In this document: piece by piece, positions 10,633 through 22,310 of the stretch
Numbering within the stretch: position 1 is the stretch's first letter
Layout: each line of letters starts with the position of its first letter
NCBI RefSeq assembly: GCF_004010195.1
Contig: NC_057749.1
Location: 11,946,839-11,969,963, forward strand
Direction of reading: 5' to 3'
Length of the DNA stretch: 23,125 bases
Source: Chiloscyllium plagiosum
Taxonomy: Eukaryota
Position numbers and translations under genes: made by a program
Notes under the pieces: generated by a model
Told to the model about the DNA's origin: nothing
Database searches by the model: none
The model's input: only the letters and a program-made list of their open reading frames with translations

Positions 10633-12599
10633 CTTAATAAGACAGGGCAAGTGAGTGAAGTGATAACAGGGCAACACTTTGGGTGTAGTGATCATAGTTC
10701 TAGTAATTTTAAAGTAGTTATGAGAAAGAATAAATCTTGCATGAAAATTAAAGTTTTTAATTGGAGTAAGGCAAATTTTAATGGTACAAGACAGGAAATT
10801 TCAAAAATTAATTGGAGTAGACTGTTTGCATGTGGAGGGACATCTGATAAGTGGGAGGCTTTCAAAAGTGTAATAATGAGAGTTCAGAGTCACTATATTC
10901 ATGTTAGGGTCAAAGGTAAGGCTGGTGGGACTAGAGAACAATGGATGAATAAAGATATTGAAGCTCTCATCAAGAATAAAAAGATCGTATATTAGATGTA
11001 AACAACTGAGTTCAAATGAATCTCTTGAAGAGTATAAAAAGTGTAGGGACATTCTTAAGGGGGAGATCAGGAAGGTAAAGAAGGGATACAAGATAGCCTT
11101 GGCAAATAAGGTTAAGGATAATCCAAAGAAATTCTACAAGCACATTACAAGCAAACGAGCAATTAGAGACAGAGAGTAGGGCCCCTTAGAGATCAATGAG
11201 ATTGATGGGATAGATATTACATGAATATTTTGCATCAGTTTTTTTTCTGTAGAGATAGAAATGGAGCTAGAGAACTCTGGGAAATAAATATCGAGGTTTT
11301 GAAAACAATTCACATGACAGAAGAGAAGTGCTGGAGTTCTTAGAAAGTATAATGGTAGATAAATCTCTGGGACTTGATCTAGTCTATCCCCAAATGTTGT
11401 GGGAAGTTAGGGAGGAAATTGCAGGGCCCTTTGCAGAAATGCTTGTATCACTTACATATCTGGGTATGTGCTGAATGACTAGGAAGTGGCTAATGTTGTG
11501 CCTTTATTTAAGAAAGGATGTAAGGAGAAGGCTAGGAACTATGAACCTGAGAGTCTGAATTCGGTGGTAGATAAGTTGTTGGAAGTGATTCTGAAAGATA
11601 GGATTTATCTGCATTTAGAGAGGGATAGTCAGCTTGGTTTTGTGCGAGGGAAGTCATGTCTCACAAACTTGATTGAGGTTTTTGAGGAATTAACCAAGAA
11701 GGTTGACAAGCGCAGAGCAATAGACATTGTTTACATGGACCTTAGTAAAATCTTTGACAATGTTGAGTACAGTCGACTAAAGTTGGTAAAGTTAGATCAA
11801 ATGGGATTCAGGGTGAGTTTGCCTATCGGATACAACATTGGCTTAACAGCACGAGACAAAGAGTGATGGTGGATTGTTGTTTTTCAAACTGGAGGCCTAT
11901 GACCAGCAATGTTCTGGGGGTTTGGTGCTGGGTCCTGTTTTGTTTGTCATTGATGTAAATGATTTAGATGAGAATATGGAAAACACAATAGTAAGTTTGT
12001 AGATGACAGCAAGATTGGTGGAATAGTGGACAGTGAAAAGGCTACCTAAGTTACAAAGAGACCTTGATCAATGGGCTGAAGAATGGCAGAATGTTATAGG
12101 AAGGATATTAATAAGTTGGAAGGGGTTCAGAAAACAGCTACGAGGATGTTGCCAGGAATGGACTGTTTGAGTTATAAAAATAGACTGGATAGGCTGGGAC
12201 TTTTTTCACTGGAGCACAGGAGGTTGACAGGTGACCTTCATAAAGTTTATAAAATCATGAGGGCTATCAATAAGGTGCATGGCAAGTGTCTTTTTCCTCA
12301 GGTGGGGTTTCAAGACTAGGGGGCATTTCAAAAAGACATGAGGGCAATTATTTTACATAGAGAGTGATTCATGTATTGAATGAACTTCCAGAGGAAGTGG
12401 TAGACGTGGGTTTAGTTACAACATTTAAAAGACATTTAAATAAGTACATGAATAAGAAATATTTGGTAGAATATGGGCCAAGTGCAGGTTGGTGGGATTA
12501 GTTTAGTTTTGGATTATGGTTGGCATGGACTGGTTGGACCAAAGGGTCTGTTTCCATGCTTTATGACTCTATTGCTCTACATATAAAGCCAGAACTTAC

Positions 12600-12731
12600 A
12601 GTATGGAACCAGAATTTAACAATTGGTGCATTGTAGAACTCATAAATCTTTCTTCCAATTGGGATGCTTCTGTGATTTTCCATCCCATCTTCTTCATCCC
12701 CTTTTCTTGAAACAGCCTCAGTGTTTGCATC
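12600..12731 (-). CDS. TRPM1: TRPM1 coding exon, [44 protein letters not shown]
   Basis: 132 nt, phase 0/0; acceptor tttcag, donor gtaagt; conserved [12 protein letters not shown] motif preceding S1. Confidence 0.93.
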
Positions 12732-12766
12732 CTGAAATAACAATAATAGAATTTCACATGGTGCAT

Positions 12767-12846
12767 TGTACATGGTCAGTACTCCACACAGGACGATGTA
12801 CCCGCCTGGTCAGTACTCCACACCGGACAATGTACTCCTGGTCAAC
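12767..12846. repeat. Tandem duplication, unit 32-34 bp, about 2.3 copies
   Basis: tggtcagtactccacac.ggac.atgtac starts at 12773 and 12807; partial tggtcaac at 12839. Confidence 0.85.
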
Positions 12847-13013
12847 AAAGCTCAGTCCCATGCTGAACACATCATTCACTTGCTTGGACTCCGATTTTCC
12901 TGTTTTAGATTTTTAATGTTAAACTTCATGGATTATCCCCTCATCCCAACAGTCATTCCCCACCCACTGGGTGCCCATTTCTGCCCCATCCCATTCCCTT
13001 CTGACTCACTTAC

Positions 13014-13133
13014 GTTGTCCTCCTCCTTCTCTTTCCCCTGTTCATTGTCCCCAGTTGCTTCATACGACAAATCATCGCTACTTTTAAACTCCATGAAGAG
13101 AATGGCTGGTGGAAATATGATGCCCAACATAAT
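13014..13133 (-). CDS. TRPM1: TRPM1 coding exon, IMLGIIFPPAILFMEFKSSDDLSYEATGDNEQGKEKEEDN (pre-S1 region)
   Basis: 120 nt, phase 0/0; acceptor tgtcag, donor gtaagt (a second, out-of-frame gtgagt lies 4 nt further into the intron). Confidence 0.88.
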
Positions 13134-13504
13134 CTGACAGGAGATCAAAATCACGTGTTAGTAAAGTATGTTCAGGATGAAAAGTGACCACAGGACTGAT
13201 TTATTAATTGATTTTATAACCATTTATATTTAAGATGCAGGCAGTTAGATCCAAGTAAAAATACCACATATAACATGGAAACACTTGAACTATGCATAAC
13301 ATATCACATTACAGTTTAATTTCACTCGCCACATTAACAATCCCTTGACAAATGTTTTCACATGGGTAATGTGCTGGAAAAATACAAGTTCTTTCTTTCT
13401 GTTTAAACTTGCCATTTCTTCAGAATGTCACTAAGCACAGTACAGACAAGTATGTTATGTTGAAGAGGAGTCACTGATTGTAATCGAGGAAACGCCAATA
13501 ATCT

Positions 13505-13840
13505 GGGGAAGTGGTGGTGTAGAGGCTATGTCACTGGACAATAATTTAAAACCTCAGTGTTCTTAAGATTGGGTTCAAATGCCAGCGTGGCAGATGGTCG
13601 AATTTGAATTTTAAAAAATCTGAAACAAACAGCTGATACTAAATGACCACATAATCATTGTTGTTTGTTGTAAAAACTCATTGTCTTTAGTAATGCCCTT
13701 TGGGGAAGAAAAGACACTTTCTTTAACTGGTCGGGAGTATGTGATACTGCAGAGCTACAGCAACGTGTTTGCATCTTTTATTGGATGGACAATAAATGCT
13801 GGCCGAGCCAGTCACAATCACATCCCTTGGACATAAAACA
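13505..13840 (+). mobile_element. Deu-domain SINE (SacSINE1-like)
   Basis: Head ggggaagtggtggtgtag...gggttcaaatgcc; core taatgccctttggggaagaaa; tail caataaatgctggcc...cacatccc. Confidence 0.72.
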
Positions 13841-13958
13841 AATTGCATTCATTGAGCAATACAAGATTTTTAAAGATGCACCATGGTGAGAGTATCAAAA
13901 GGATAAATGACGAGATATTATGATTATAATTATAAAAAGATGAATGGGTTTGCATTTA

Positions 13959-14225
<267 letters not shown>

Positions 14226-14442
14226 TCAAACAAAGAGAAAGAAATAGTGAGAGAGCAGAAAGGAAGAGAAGCTGTCACAGACATGTGACTGAGCAGTTCA
14301 CAGGTCCTTGACCAATTTTATGCTGTTTATGAATTTTTAATAGGCCGCAAAGCGACAACTGCATTTTGGAGAAGAACGGGAGCCACCATTTTAAAAAAAG
14401 TAAAGAGAAATGAATGTGGGGTTGAAAGGAAGGGGGACTGAC

Positions 14443-14741
14443 TTTGAGTTGTTTTCCAGGTCCTGCGAGATGTCATCCACAAGCTCACTGCCAGAACATT
14501 CATTTGACATGGCTTTGTAAAGCTTGCAGGCAACCAGGGCCTTGGCCAAAGCTTCTTCACCATGCTGCCAGAAAAACAATGCCATTCTCTGCCGTTTCAT
14601 CAACACAGCCCACACTAGCAGCTCATGGAACGGGTAGGCAAATCGGCCAATGGCTGGGTCATCCTCATCAATATCAATCTCTTCTTCCTTTTTCTTCTTC
14701 TTTTTCTTCTTCCTCTTGGATTTTGAGGGTGGTTCATCATC
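14443..14741 (-). CDS. TRPM1: TRPM1 coding exon, [29 protein letters not shown]...[11 protein letters not shown](K)
   Basis: 299 nt, phase 0/2; acceptor tcccag, donor gtcagt; the poly-Lys/acidic tract is characteristic of TRPM1 rather than TRPM3. Confidence 0.93.
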
Positions 14742-15361
14742 CTGGGACAGGCCACAAGCAGTGTTAATAGCACATACCAAATATCCTTTCACATCAACAC
14801 ATCACTCATTCACCAGCACTTTCCATGATGCCAGGTCACAGAAAGGGAAAAAAACCAAGAGCTAGCAGGCATAAGGATGACCAGAAACCAGGCTCATCTC
14901 AAAGGTCTATACATCTGTTTTATTCAAAAAGTAATTTTTAAACCTAGTACTTTTCCGTTTGGAAAATAAAAATGATAAAGAAAATAAAAGTGACGTTGGG
15001 GAAAGGTTTAGATTTGGGAGTAATCAGGGGGTTATGGTGTGTACAAAGTGCCAGCATTGTATCTAATTACACTAACATGACGAGTAAAGTAAAATAAGGA
15101 CAAATAGCTATTCATGCTGGAAATCTGAGAATCACAGGATGGAGGACAAGGGCAGGGTGCTGCTGCTGTTTTAGGTGAATATCTGATTCCTTGTGATGCA
15201 CTCGGAATATCCTGGACACCAATTCATAGGAAGGAGGTTCTTATATTTTGGAGTGGACAGTGCAATATAAGCTGGGGAAAGGGTCAAGAAATTGGGACCA
15301 ATATTGATTGTTGCAAGCCATGTGGACAACAGGCATTGGGAATAAGTAAGCATTAATTTCA

Positions 15362-17178
15362 CGAGAAAGCCTCAAATAGAGCTATAAAGAAAAGTAAGGT
15401 AGAACATGAGAAAAAATTAGCACAGAATGTAAAGACAGATAGCAAAACTTTCTATAAATATATAAAACAAAAAAAAAGTGTGGCTAAAGTAAACATTGGT
15501 CCTTTAGAGGATGAGATGGGGCATTTAGTCATGGGATATGATGAAATGGCTGAGGCATTGAATAGGTATTTTGTGTTGGTGTTCACAGTGGAGGACACAA
15601 ATAACATGCCAGTAATTGACAAAGAGAGAAAGGTAGATAAGGACCAGAAAACAAATCATTATCAGAGATGAGGCAGTGTTGGGCAAGCTAATGGAGCTCA
15701 GGCTAGACAAATCTCCTGGCCTTGATGGAATGCATCCCAGGGTACTAAAAGAGATGGTGGGAGAAATAGCAAGTGTGTTTGTGGTAATTTTCCAAAATTT
15801 ATTAGACTCTGGGATAGTTCCAGTAGTTTGGAAAACAGCCAATGTGATGCCACTACTTAAAAAGGGTGCTGGACAAAAGTTGGGGAATTATAGAACGGTT
15901 AGCTTAACTTCTGTCATGGGGAAGATGCTTGAGTCTATTATCAAGGAAGAAATAGCAAGGCATCTAGACAGAAATTGTCCCGTTGGGCAGACGCAGCATG
16001 GGTTCATGAAGGGCAGGTCATGTTTAACTAATCTTTTGGAATTCTATAAAGACATTATGAGCACGGTGGACAATGGGGACCCAGTAGATGTGGTGTACTT
16101 AGATTTCCAAAAGGTCTTTCACAAGGTGCTGTACAAGAGGCTGCTGCATAAGGTAAAGATGCATGGCGTTACGGGTGAATTATTAATGTGGATAGAGGTT
16201 TGGTTGACTAACAGGAAGCAAAGAGTGCGGATAAATGAGTGCTATTCTGGTTAGTGATCACTAACTAGTGGTGAGCCTCAAGGATCAGTGTTGGGACCGC
16301 GATTACTCATCATTTACATAGATGATTTGGAGTTGAGGACCACGTGCAGTGTGTCAACGTTTGCAGATGACACTAAGATCAGTGGTACAGCGAAGTGTGC
16401 AAAGGACTGTGAAACTCTGCAGAGGAACATAGATACATTGAATGAGTGGGCAAAGTCTGGCAGGTGAAATACAATGTTAATAAATGTGAAGTCATCCATT
16501 TTGGTAGGTATAATGTAAAAAGGACTATTACTTGAATAGTAAAAAGTTGCAGCATGCTGTTATGCAAATGGAATTTTGTCCTTCATTGCTAAAGGGACTG
16601 AGTTTAAAAGCAGGGAGGTTATTTTGCAGCTGTACAGGGTGCTGGTGAGGCCACACTTGGAGTACTGCATGCAGTTTTGGTCTCCTTACCTGAGAAAGGA
16701 TGTGCTGGCTCCAGAGGAAGTTCACTAGGTTGATTCTGGAGTTGAGAGAGTTGGCTTATGAGGAGAGACTGAGTAGACTGGGATTATTTTCATTGGAATT
16801 TAGAAGAATGAGTGGGGATCTTACAGAAACATATAAAATTATGAAGGGAGTAGACAAGAGAGACATAGAGAGGATGTTTCCACTGGCAGGTGAAACTAGG
16901 ACAAGAGGGCACAGCATCAAAATTAGGGGAAGCAGATGTAGGACTGAATTGAGAAGGAACTTCTTCATCCAGAGGGTTGTGAATCCATGGAATTCCCTAC
17001 TCAGTGAAGTAGTTGACATGACTTCAGTAAATATTTTTAAAGCCAAGATAGATTTTGTTTGAATTATGAAGGGATTAAGGGTTATGGTGAGCTGAGGCCA
17101 CAAATAGATCAGCCATGATCTTAAGGCTCGAAGGGCCAGATGGCCTACTCCTGCTCCAATGTCTTATGTTATGTATTT
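15362..17178 (+). mobile_element. 5'-truncated CR1 LINE with RT domain and 3' UTR
   Basis: ORF 15676-16254 (DKSPGLDGMHPRVLKE, QHGFMKGRSCLTNL, VYLDFQK); PQGSVLGP near 16276 and FADD near 16360; interrupted by stops. Confidence 0.92.
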
Positions 17179-17315
17179 TCTTATGAATGTTGTTCCTCCA
17201 TCTATCTTATTGGGGGTGCAGTGTCAACACAAAATCATTGGAACACAGCACTGAAGCTGCAACTTTAATCTTACCACTACTTGTATCCTCCCTATCATGT
17301 ATGTGTCCACCTCTA

Positions 17316-17505
17316 CATAGTGTTACAGCACTATTAGTAACATAGTTACCACGTTACATGGACCTTGTTATGTAGAGTTACCATGTCGCACCCACCATTT
17401 CCCTGTAACCCAATGGAATTATCTCATTCCACAGGCAGTTACTATATTACCTATGTAATTGCCTCTTTATACATGGAATTACTCTCAATACCTACATTGT
17501 TATAT
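17316..17505. repeat. Degenerate low-complexity repeat rich in GTTAC/ATTAC
   Basis: Recurring tgttac, agttacca, ggaattac words without a clean period. Confidence 0.4.
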
Positions 17506-17740
17506 TCTTCACTCTTTGTTTAAGAGAAATCAAAGGATTCCATTCAGTCATAGGAAACTGTGCGAAATGATCACCTTTGAATAAAAGGTCAGTCTTGTTG
17601 GTTAAAGCAAATAATGCAAAGGCTCAATCTCAATGTGAAGGGGTTAGAAAGGGCAAATACTGAAGACAAGCTGCTAGTGATGGAATAAGACTCAGTCCTG
17701 GGAGAAGAAACAGTTTGACAGGGAAAAATGGAATATACCA

Positions 17741-18058
17741 AGATTAGATTCCCTACAGTGTGGAAACAGGCCCTTCAGCCCAACAAGTCCACACCAACCC
17801 TCCGAAAAGAAACCCACCCAAACCCATTTCCCTCTGACTAAAGCACCTTACACTATGGGCATTTTTTTTAGAATGGCTGATTCACCTGACCTGCACATCT
17901 TTGGATTGTGGGAGGAAACCTGAGCACTGGAGGAAACCCACACAGACACAGGGAGAATGTGTAAACTCCACTCAGACAGTCACTCAAGGCCGGAATTGAA
18001 CCTAGGTCTCTGGCGCTGTGAGGCAGCAGTGCTAACCACTGAGCCACTGTGCTGCCCC
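17741..18058 (-). mobile_element. HE1/V-SINE-like element, full length and well preserved
   Basis: Minus strand ggggcagcacagtggctcagtggttagcactgctgcctcacagcgccagagacctaggttcaattcc (Pol III A and B boxes); tail (aatct)n. Confidence 0.88.
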
Positions 18059-18146
18059 AAGGATCAAGGTACCAAGAATCAAAAGGAATCAAAAACCAAC
18101 TGTACATCAAAAACTCTGCATCAAGAATACTTCAAATATCACTCAC

Positions 18147-18176
18147 CTCCATCCCCAGAAGTTTCAGAGCTTTTGG
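18147..18176 (-). CDS. TRPM1: TRPM1 30-nt microexon, PKALKLLGME
   Basis: Minus strand reads ttcttcctgcag|CCA AAA GCT CTG AAA CTT CTG GGG ATG GAG|gtgagt; supplies exactly the peptide between ...FGPKR and DDEPP...; not in the ORF track. Confidence 0.93.
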
Positions 18177-18634
18177 CTGCAGGAAGAAAGAATGAAATAG
18201 ATTAGCAAACAGAGAGTAGGGACTGGTAACATGCCAGAGCAGAATGAGAAAAATGATTAATATTTACACATATTTTCTTTACATTGTCATCAGAAACAGC
18301 CCAAATTATTTCACCAACGATGTTAATCTGTGATTATGAGGTAAAGGTCTGCAACTGTTTCTCAGTGAAATCACCAATAATTAAGAAGGGAGTAAGGAGT
18401 CACTGACCAGCGATCAGAGAACAGCGTGGCTTGTAGAGAGATCGGAGACTTTGGAGATCATTACTGAATTAATAAGAGAGGGAAATTGAAGGGCATTTAG
18501 TGGTTGGGAAGGTGTTGTTATACGGAATCACAGCACTTTCCCACCTATTCCCCGATGATGTGAGGACAGGGAGGCTCATAGATGGGCTTCCTACCCTGAC
18601 ACTAATTGAGGTCTTTGCATGTGCAATTAATACT

Positions 18635-18767
18635 GATTCCTGATGAAGGGCTCCAGCCCGAAACATTGATTTTCCTGCTCCTCGGATGCTGCCTGACCTG
18701 CTGTGATTTTCCAGCACCACTCTAATCTTGACTCTGAGCTCCAGCATCTTTAGTCCTCACTTTCACC
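18635..18767 (+). mobile_element. Penelope-like family A insert with CpG-decayed hammerhead
   Basis: attc CTGATGA A GGGCT-CC-AGCCC GAA ACAT T gatt...; ACGTCG has become ACATTG; complete family 3' end. Confidence 0.78.
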
Positions 18768-19100
18768 CATTTAAAGGCCTAATCCCACAACAATCAGCAT
18801 TCAATCAGCAGCAGGGAGGGTAATTAGCACAGGGACAAGTAGAGGTCCCTAATTGCCTATGTCCAAAGATTAGGACGGGGGAACCATTGAGAGTGCTTTC
18901 CGATCGCCAGTGAGTCCCTCCGTGGACTCCAAATGCCCCCAGTCTTTGTGGACTGGATTCCTGAATGATCCTGGATCTCTGGTGAGATTCTCAGCACAAT
19001 AATCTATCCCACAGATTGTAACAAGCAATGCTGTCTTCTGATTGGCTGGCAGTTCTTGGTGGGGGGATTTCTGTTCCTGGGTTTCTTAATCTTTCTTAAA

Positions 19101-19203
19101 GTTAGATTAGATTCCCTGATTAGATTAGATCCCCTACAGTGTGGAAACAGGTCTTGCGGCCCAACCAGTCCACACCGACCATCCGAAGAGTAACCCATCC
19201 AGA
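19101..19203 (-). mobile_element. 5'-truncated HE1-like SINE 3' end with duplicated tail
   Basis: Matches 17741-17825; ttagattagattccct occurs twice. Confidence 0.8.
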
Positions 19204-19419
19204 AAGGAAAGCCAGCAGCTGCGCTGAAAGGTGCTGGAATGTGGTACCACTTGAGTTACCGTGACAAGGGGCCCTTGCCTGCTTTCCTGCCAGAAGCCAA
19301 GATCCCTGTCACCTTGGAATAAAATTTGTCCATTGTGTTTTGTTTACACTGCGGTGGTTTACAGTTTGAATTGCATTTGGAAAATCTGTAAAAGACTGCT
19401 CTCGGAAAATGAAAATAAA

Positions 19420-19610
19420 GATGTCATTTATCATAAAACATACCTTACTCGCAAGGGTCCCTTAGGGAAGGAAAGCTGCTGTCCTTACCTAACCTTGGTC
19501 AATTTGTAACACAAGCCCAACTGAATGATTGACTCCTGAAAATTCTCAGCCTCAAATGAGATTAGCTAACTGAACCCTGTAGCCCAAGAATGGGTAGCAA
19601 TTGTCATCCG
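19420..19610 (+). mobile_element. Highly decayed Deu-domain SINE fragment
   Basis: cccttagggaaggaaagctgctgtccttacct resembles the Deu core of the other copies. Confidence 0.4.
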
Positions 19611-19773
19611 GAACAGTCAGAGTGCATGTGCGCGTGTGTATTCTTGTCTTGGTCACAGGGTGACTGTTGTCCTAACGGGGAGCCCTGGAGGTTACAGTGT
19701 GAACTTTAAACACCTTTCATTCAAATCATATCAGAAATTATTGTTTTTACTTAAAGATCAGGACTATATTTAC

Positions 19774-19914
19774 CCGTTTTGGCCCAAATAAATTATTGTA
19801 GAGAGTGCGGAATGTTTTCCTTGTGTAAGTGCAGCGATAGGCTCCTCCCATCAAGTACTCTATGACCAGTCCAATGTCGATCAAACTGATGTGGTAGTCA
19901 GGGGGCAGGTTTCC
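19774..19914 (-). CDS. TRPM1: TRPM1 internal coding exon (first in window), [47 protein letters not shown]
   Basis: 141 nt, phase 0/0; acceptor tttcag, donor gtaaat; near-identical to the recalled TRPM1/TRPM3 N-terminal MHR segment. Confidence 0.93.
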
Positions 19915-20315
19915 CTGAAACAGAAAGTCAAAATACATCAGCATGTGTTACACCCAAATTCACAACCTCAATCTACAGGGCAGCATCCTGTTACATAGAG
20001 AGAGAAGCCAAGAACACTGAAGGTCTTGGTTCATTACTCACTCCCTATACTGGGGATGGGAACAAACCTCCCGCTCTGAGCCGCAAACATGTCTTTTCCA
20101 TTTCTACCTTGACAATATCAGTAATTTTAATGTTCTATTCTCCTCACTGATATGAGCTGACTGTTAGCAGCTGTTTAAAATGTACATTTGAGTTTCAAGC
20201 ACAAATTTAATTAAGATTACAAAAGTATCCAGTCATTAAAAAGTGTTTAAAGTGGACAGCTGAATTTAGACTCAACAGAACGATGGGACTGGCCTCCAAA
20301 TAGTTGGACTGGCCC

Positions 20316-21198
20316 ATGTCACCCATCCTTCATCGAGACATTTGCAAAGAAAAACACCTTTGACCACCAGTCCATCAGGAAGTGGTCAGCATGTAATGTC
20401 CTTGTGACACCGCAACAAAAAGAGAGGGTGGATCCTGTCAGGCTGTTCCCTGAGCAGACTGTCAAAGTAATTTGGCAGAATGGCTGATCACCAGAACTTT
20501 CCAACAAGCACCAAGACATAGCTCGGCTGGTGGTGAGAAGGGCGCTGCCAGACAGATCCTTCATGTACGCCCAGTCTCTGTGTGCTACTGCACATTGGGG
20601 GGTGTGGTGGAGTTGGTGGTGTAGAGACCGTCACACCTCTCATTCTGGAAAATCCTTTGCAGAGGAAGTCTGGAGAGAGATACAGAGTTTTGTTGAGGTC
20701 CATCCTGAGCAGATCCATGACACAGGACTCTGTGCTCTACAGATTGTTCCCTCGGACAGACATTGAAACAAAGGTTGACAGCACCTAGAGGACCATCAAT
20801 TTGGTGAAAGAATGCTGCCTGAAACCTGTTTGTTTTCCAAGAGTAAGGAGATGGCCTCAACTGAGTGTTGCTGACTGGCACATTCCAAGGTTCAGAACTA
20901 TGTGCTGAGGGAGGCACTAAAGTTTGGGGCAGCTGCCGCCAATGCACAGTGGCGAAAGACCCCGTCTGAGGTCTTTCTGCCAAAATACAATGAGCATCTG
21001 TTCAGTAATTGGACTCTACCAGTGCCTCAAATATATGTAAATAGTGTCTTGCATAGCTAAGAAATGCTTTTGGGTTTTTTGGAACTGTTGGGAAAGTAAA
21101 CTATGATGTTTGTTTGTTTCTCCATATGCAAAGACTGTACAGAACTGAACTGCTTTAGTGACTATGTTTGTATATAAAGTTTTTTTATGAATAAAGTA
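20316..21198 (+). mobile_element. Tx1/L1-clade LINE 3' fragment (decayed ORF2 zinc-knuckle region and 3' UTR)
   Basis: Fragments LVVRRALP...SLCATAH / GCGG...ETVT.LILE / FAEEVWRE resemble the C-terminal CCHC region; T-rich UTR ending in AATAAA at 21190-21195. Confidence 0.68.
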
Positions 21199-21350
21199 CA
21201 TAGAACATTACAGCGCAGTGCAGGCCCTTCAGCCCTTGATGTTGCACCAACCTGTGAAACCAATCTGAAGGCCATCTAACCTACACTATTCCATTTTCAT
21301 CCATATGTTTATCCAATGACCATTTAAATGCCTTTAAATTTGGTGAGTCT
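21199..21350 (-). mobile_element. CR1 LINE 3' end fragment
   Basis: catagaacattacagcgcagtgcaggcccttcagccc is the reverse complement of a CR1-type tail, similar to 2641-2690. Confidence 0.7.
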
Positions 21351-22310
21351 GGGAGATTCAAGATGGCACCGACCCAGCAAGTCTGAGTCTGTAGTGCTCT
21401 GCCTAAGACTTGGGCAAAGTGGGGCACCCGCCTTCACCACACCTTTTAAATCATTTAAAATACTTTTTGCCCAGCATAGTTAGTCATTTTACATCAAACG
21501 TTTACAGTTGTTCTTAAAATGACTAAGGGCAAAAATTCCTGCAGTTCGCAACAGGCGGGGACCCCTCTTCCACCCCTCCAGCAGCAGTGAAGACGCCCGC
21601 GGCTGCCTCGGGGGACTTACCTGCGGAAGCGACCCTGATCTCCTGGATCAACAAGCTGCAGGAGAAGATCAACACCTTCGTTGAAGAATTCAGGACCAGA
21701 TGGGAGTCGTTCTCGGTCGTGCTGCAGAAGCACGACCAAGAAATTGAAAAAAAATCGAACAGTGCGTCAGAGGGTCGGAGCAAAAGGCCGCGACCTCGGA
21801 AGCTGCTGCCAAGTCAGCCGTGGGCCGGGTCCGGGCTCTCGAGCAGCGAGTCCAGACCTTGGAAGAGTACATCGACCACCTCGACAATCGGGGTTGTTGA
21901 AAAAATATTCGTTTGCTGGGCCATCCCAAACGGGAAGAGGAAGGCCAGCTGGCAGTTTTTTTGGAGCAATGGCTCCCTCAAATATTTAAGTTGGAGTCTT
22001 GATCAGGCCAGGTACAGGTGGAGTTGGCCCACAGGTTGCTATACACAGGCCCGGGTCGGACCAGCGCCCCTGCCCGGTTCTGTTCCGGCTCCAATACTAT
22101 AAAGAGAATCAGATGCTCGTGGAAGCCTCCAGAGTCCTGGGGAAGGATCCTCAGGCTGTGATACACAAGGGTTCCAGAATTATGTTATTTCAGGATTTTT
22201 GTCCAGCCGTGGTCTGCAAAACGAGGGCATTCAATGAGGCAAAGAAGTGTCTAAGAGGCCTAAATATCCAATACACCTTTCGTTACCCAGCAACGCTCCG
22301 CTTCAGCCAT
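21351..22310 (+). mobile_element. L1 LINE 5' end: 5' UTR plus frameshifted ORF1 (ATG 21519), 3'-truncated
   Basis: Starts gggagattCAAGATGGC; coiled-coil region, LEEYIDHLDNRGC*KNIRLLGHP (ENRxRRxNxRIxGxPE-like) and IMLFQDFCP...YTFRYPATLRF, typical of L1 ORF1p. Confidence 0.8.
21359..21367 (+). promoter_or_regulatory. YY1-like site at the L1 5' terminus
   Basis: CAAGATGGC 8 nt from the apparent element start, the usual position of the L1 internal-promoter YY1 site. Confidence 0.5.

Larger units (their letters stand above)
8955..12571 (+). mobile_element. Long decayed CR1 LINE: ORF1 SGNH-esterase remnant, ORF2 APE and RT remnants, 3' UTR; hosts two PLE inserts
   Basis: 9160-9660 is similar to the esterase ORF at 22320-22819; ORF fragments carry HFGCSDH (APE), ANVVPLFKKG...GFVRGKSCLTNLIE (RT) and RLDRLGLFSLEHRRL; tail ...gggtctgtttccatgctttatgactcta; many stops. 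Confidence 0.88.

Noticed and set aside
14444..14865. Plus-strand ORFs with poly-Phe or poly-Ser
   Set aside because: Antisense shadows of the poly-Lys TRPM1 exon; most other ORF-track entries are likewise repeat fragments or chance frames
14835..14890. Partial resemblance to miR-204/211 on the minus strand (GTCATCCTTATGCCT, with TTCCCTTT further downstream)
   Set aside because: Seed and 3' part are in the wrong order and there is no complementary star arm; the TRPM1/3 intronic miRNA is expected in an earlier intron outside this window
17990..18058. tRNA-like A/B box sequence (also at 6947 and 4905)
   Set aside because: SINE heads continuing into SINE bodies, not tRNA genes
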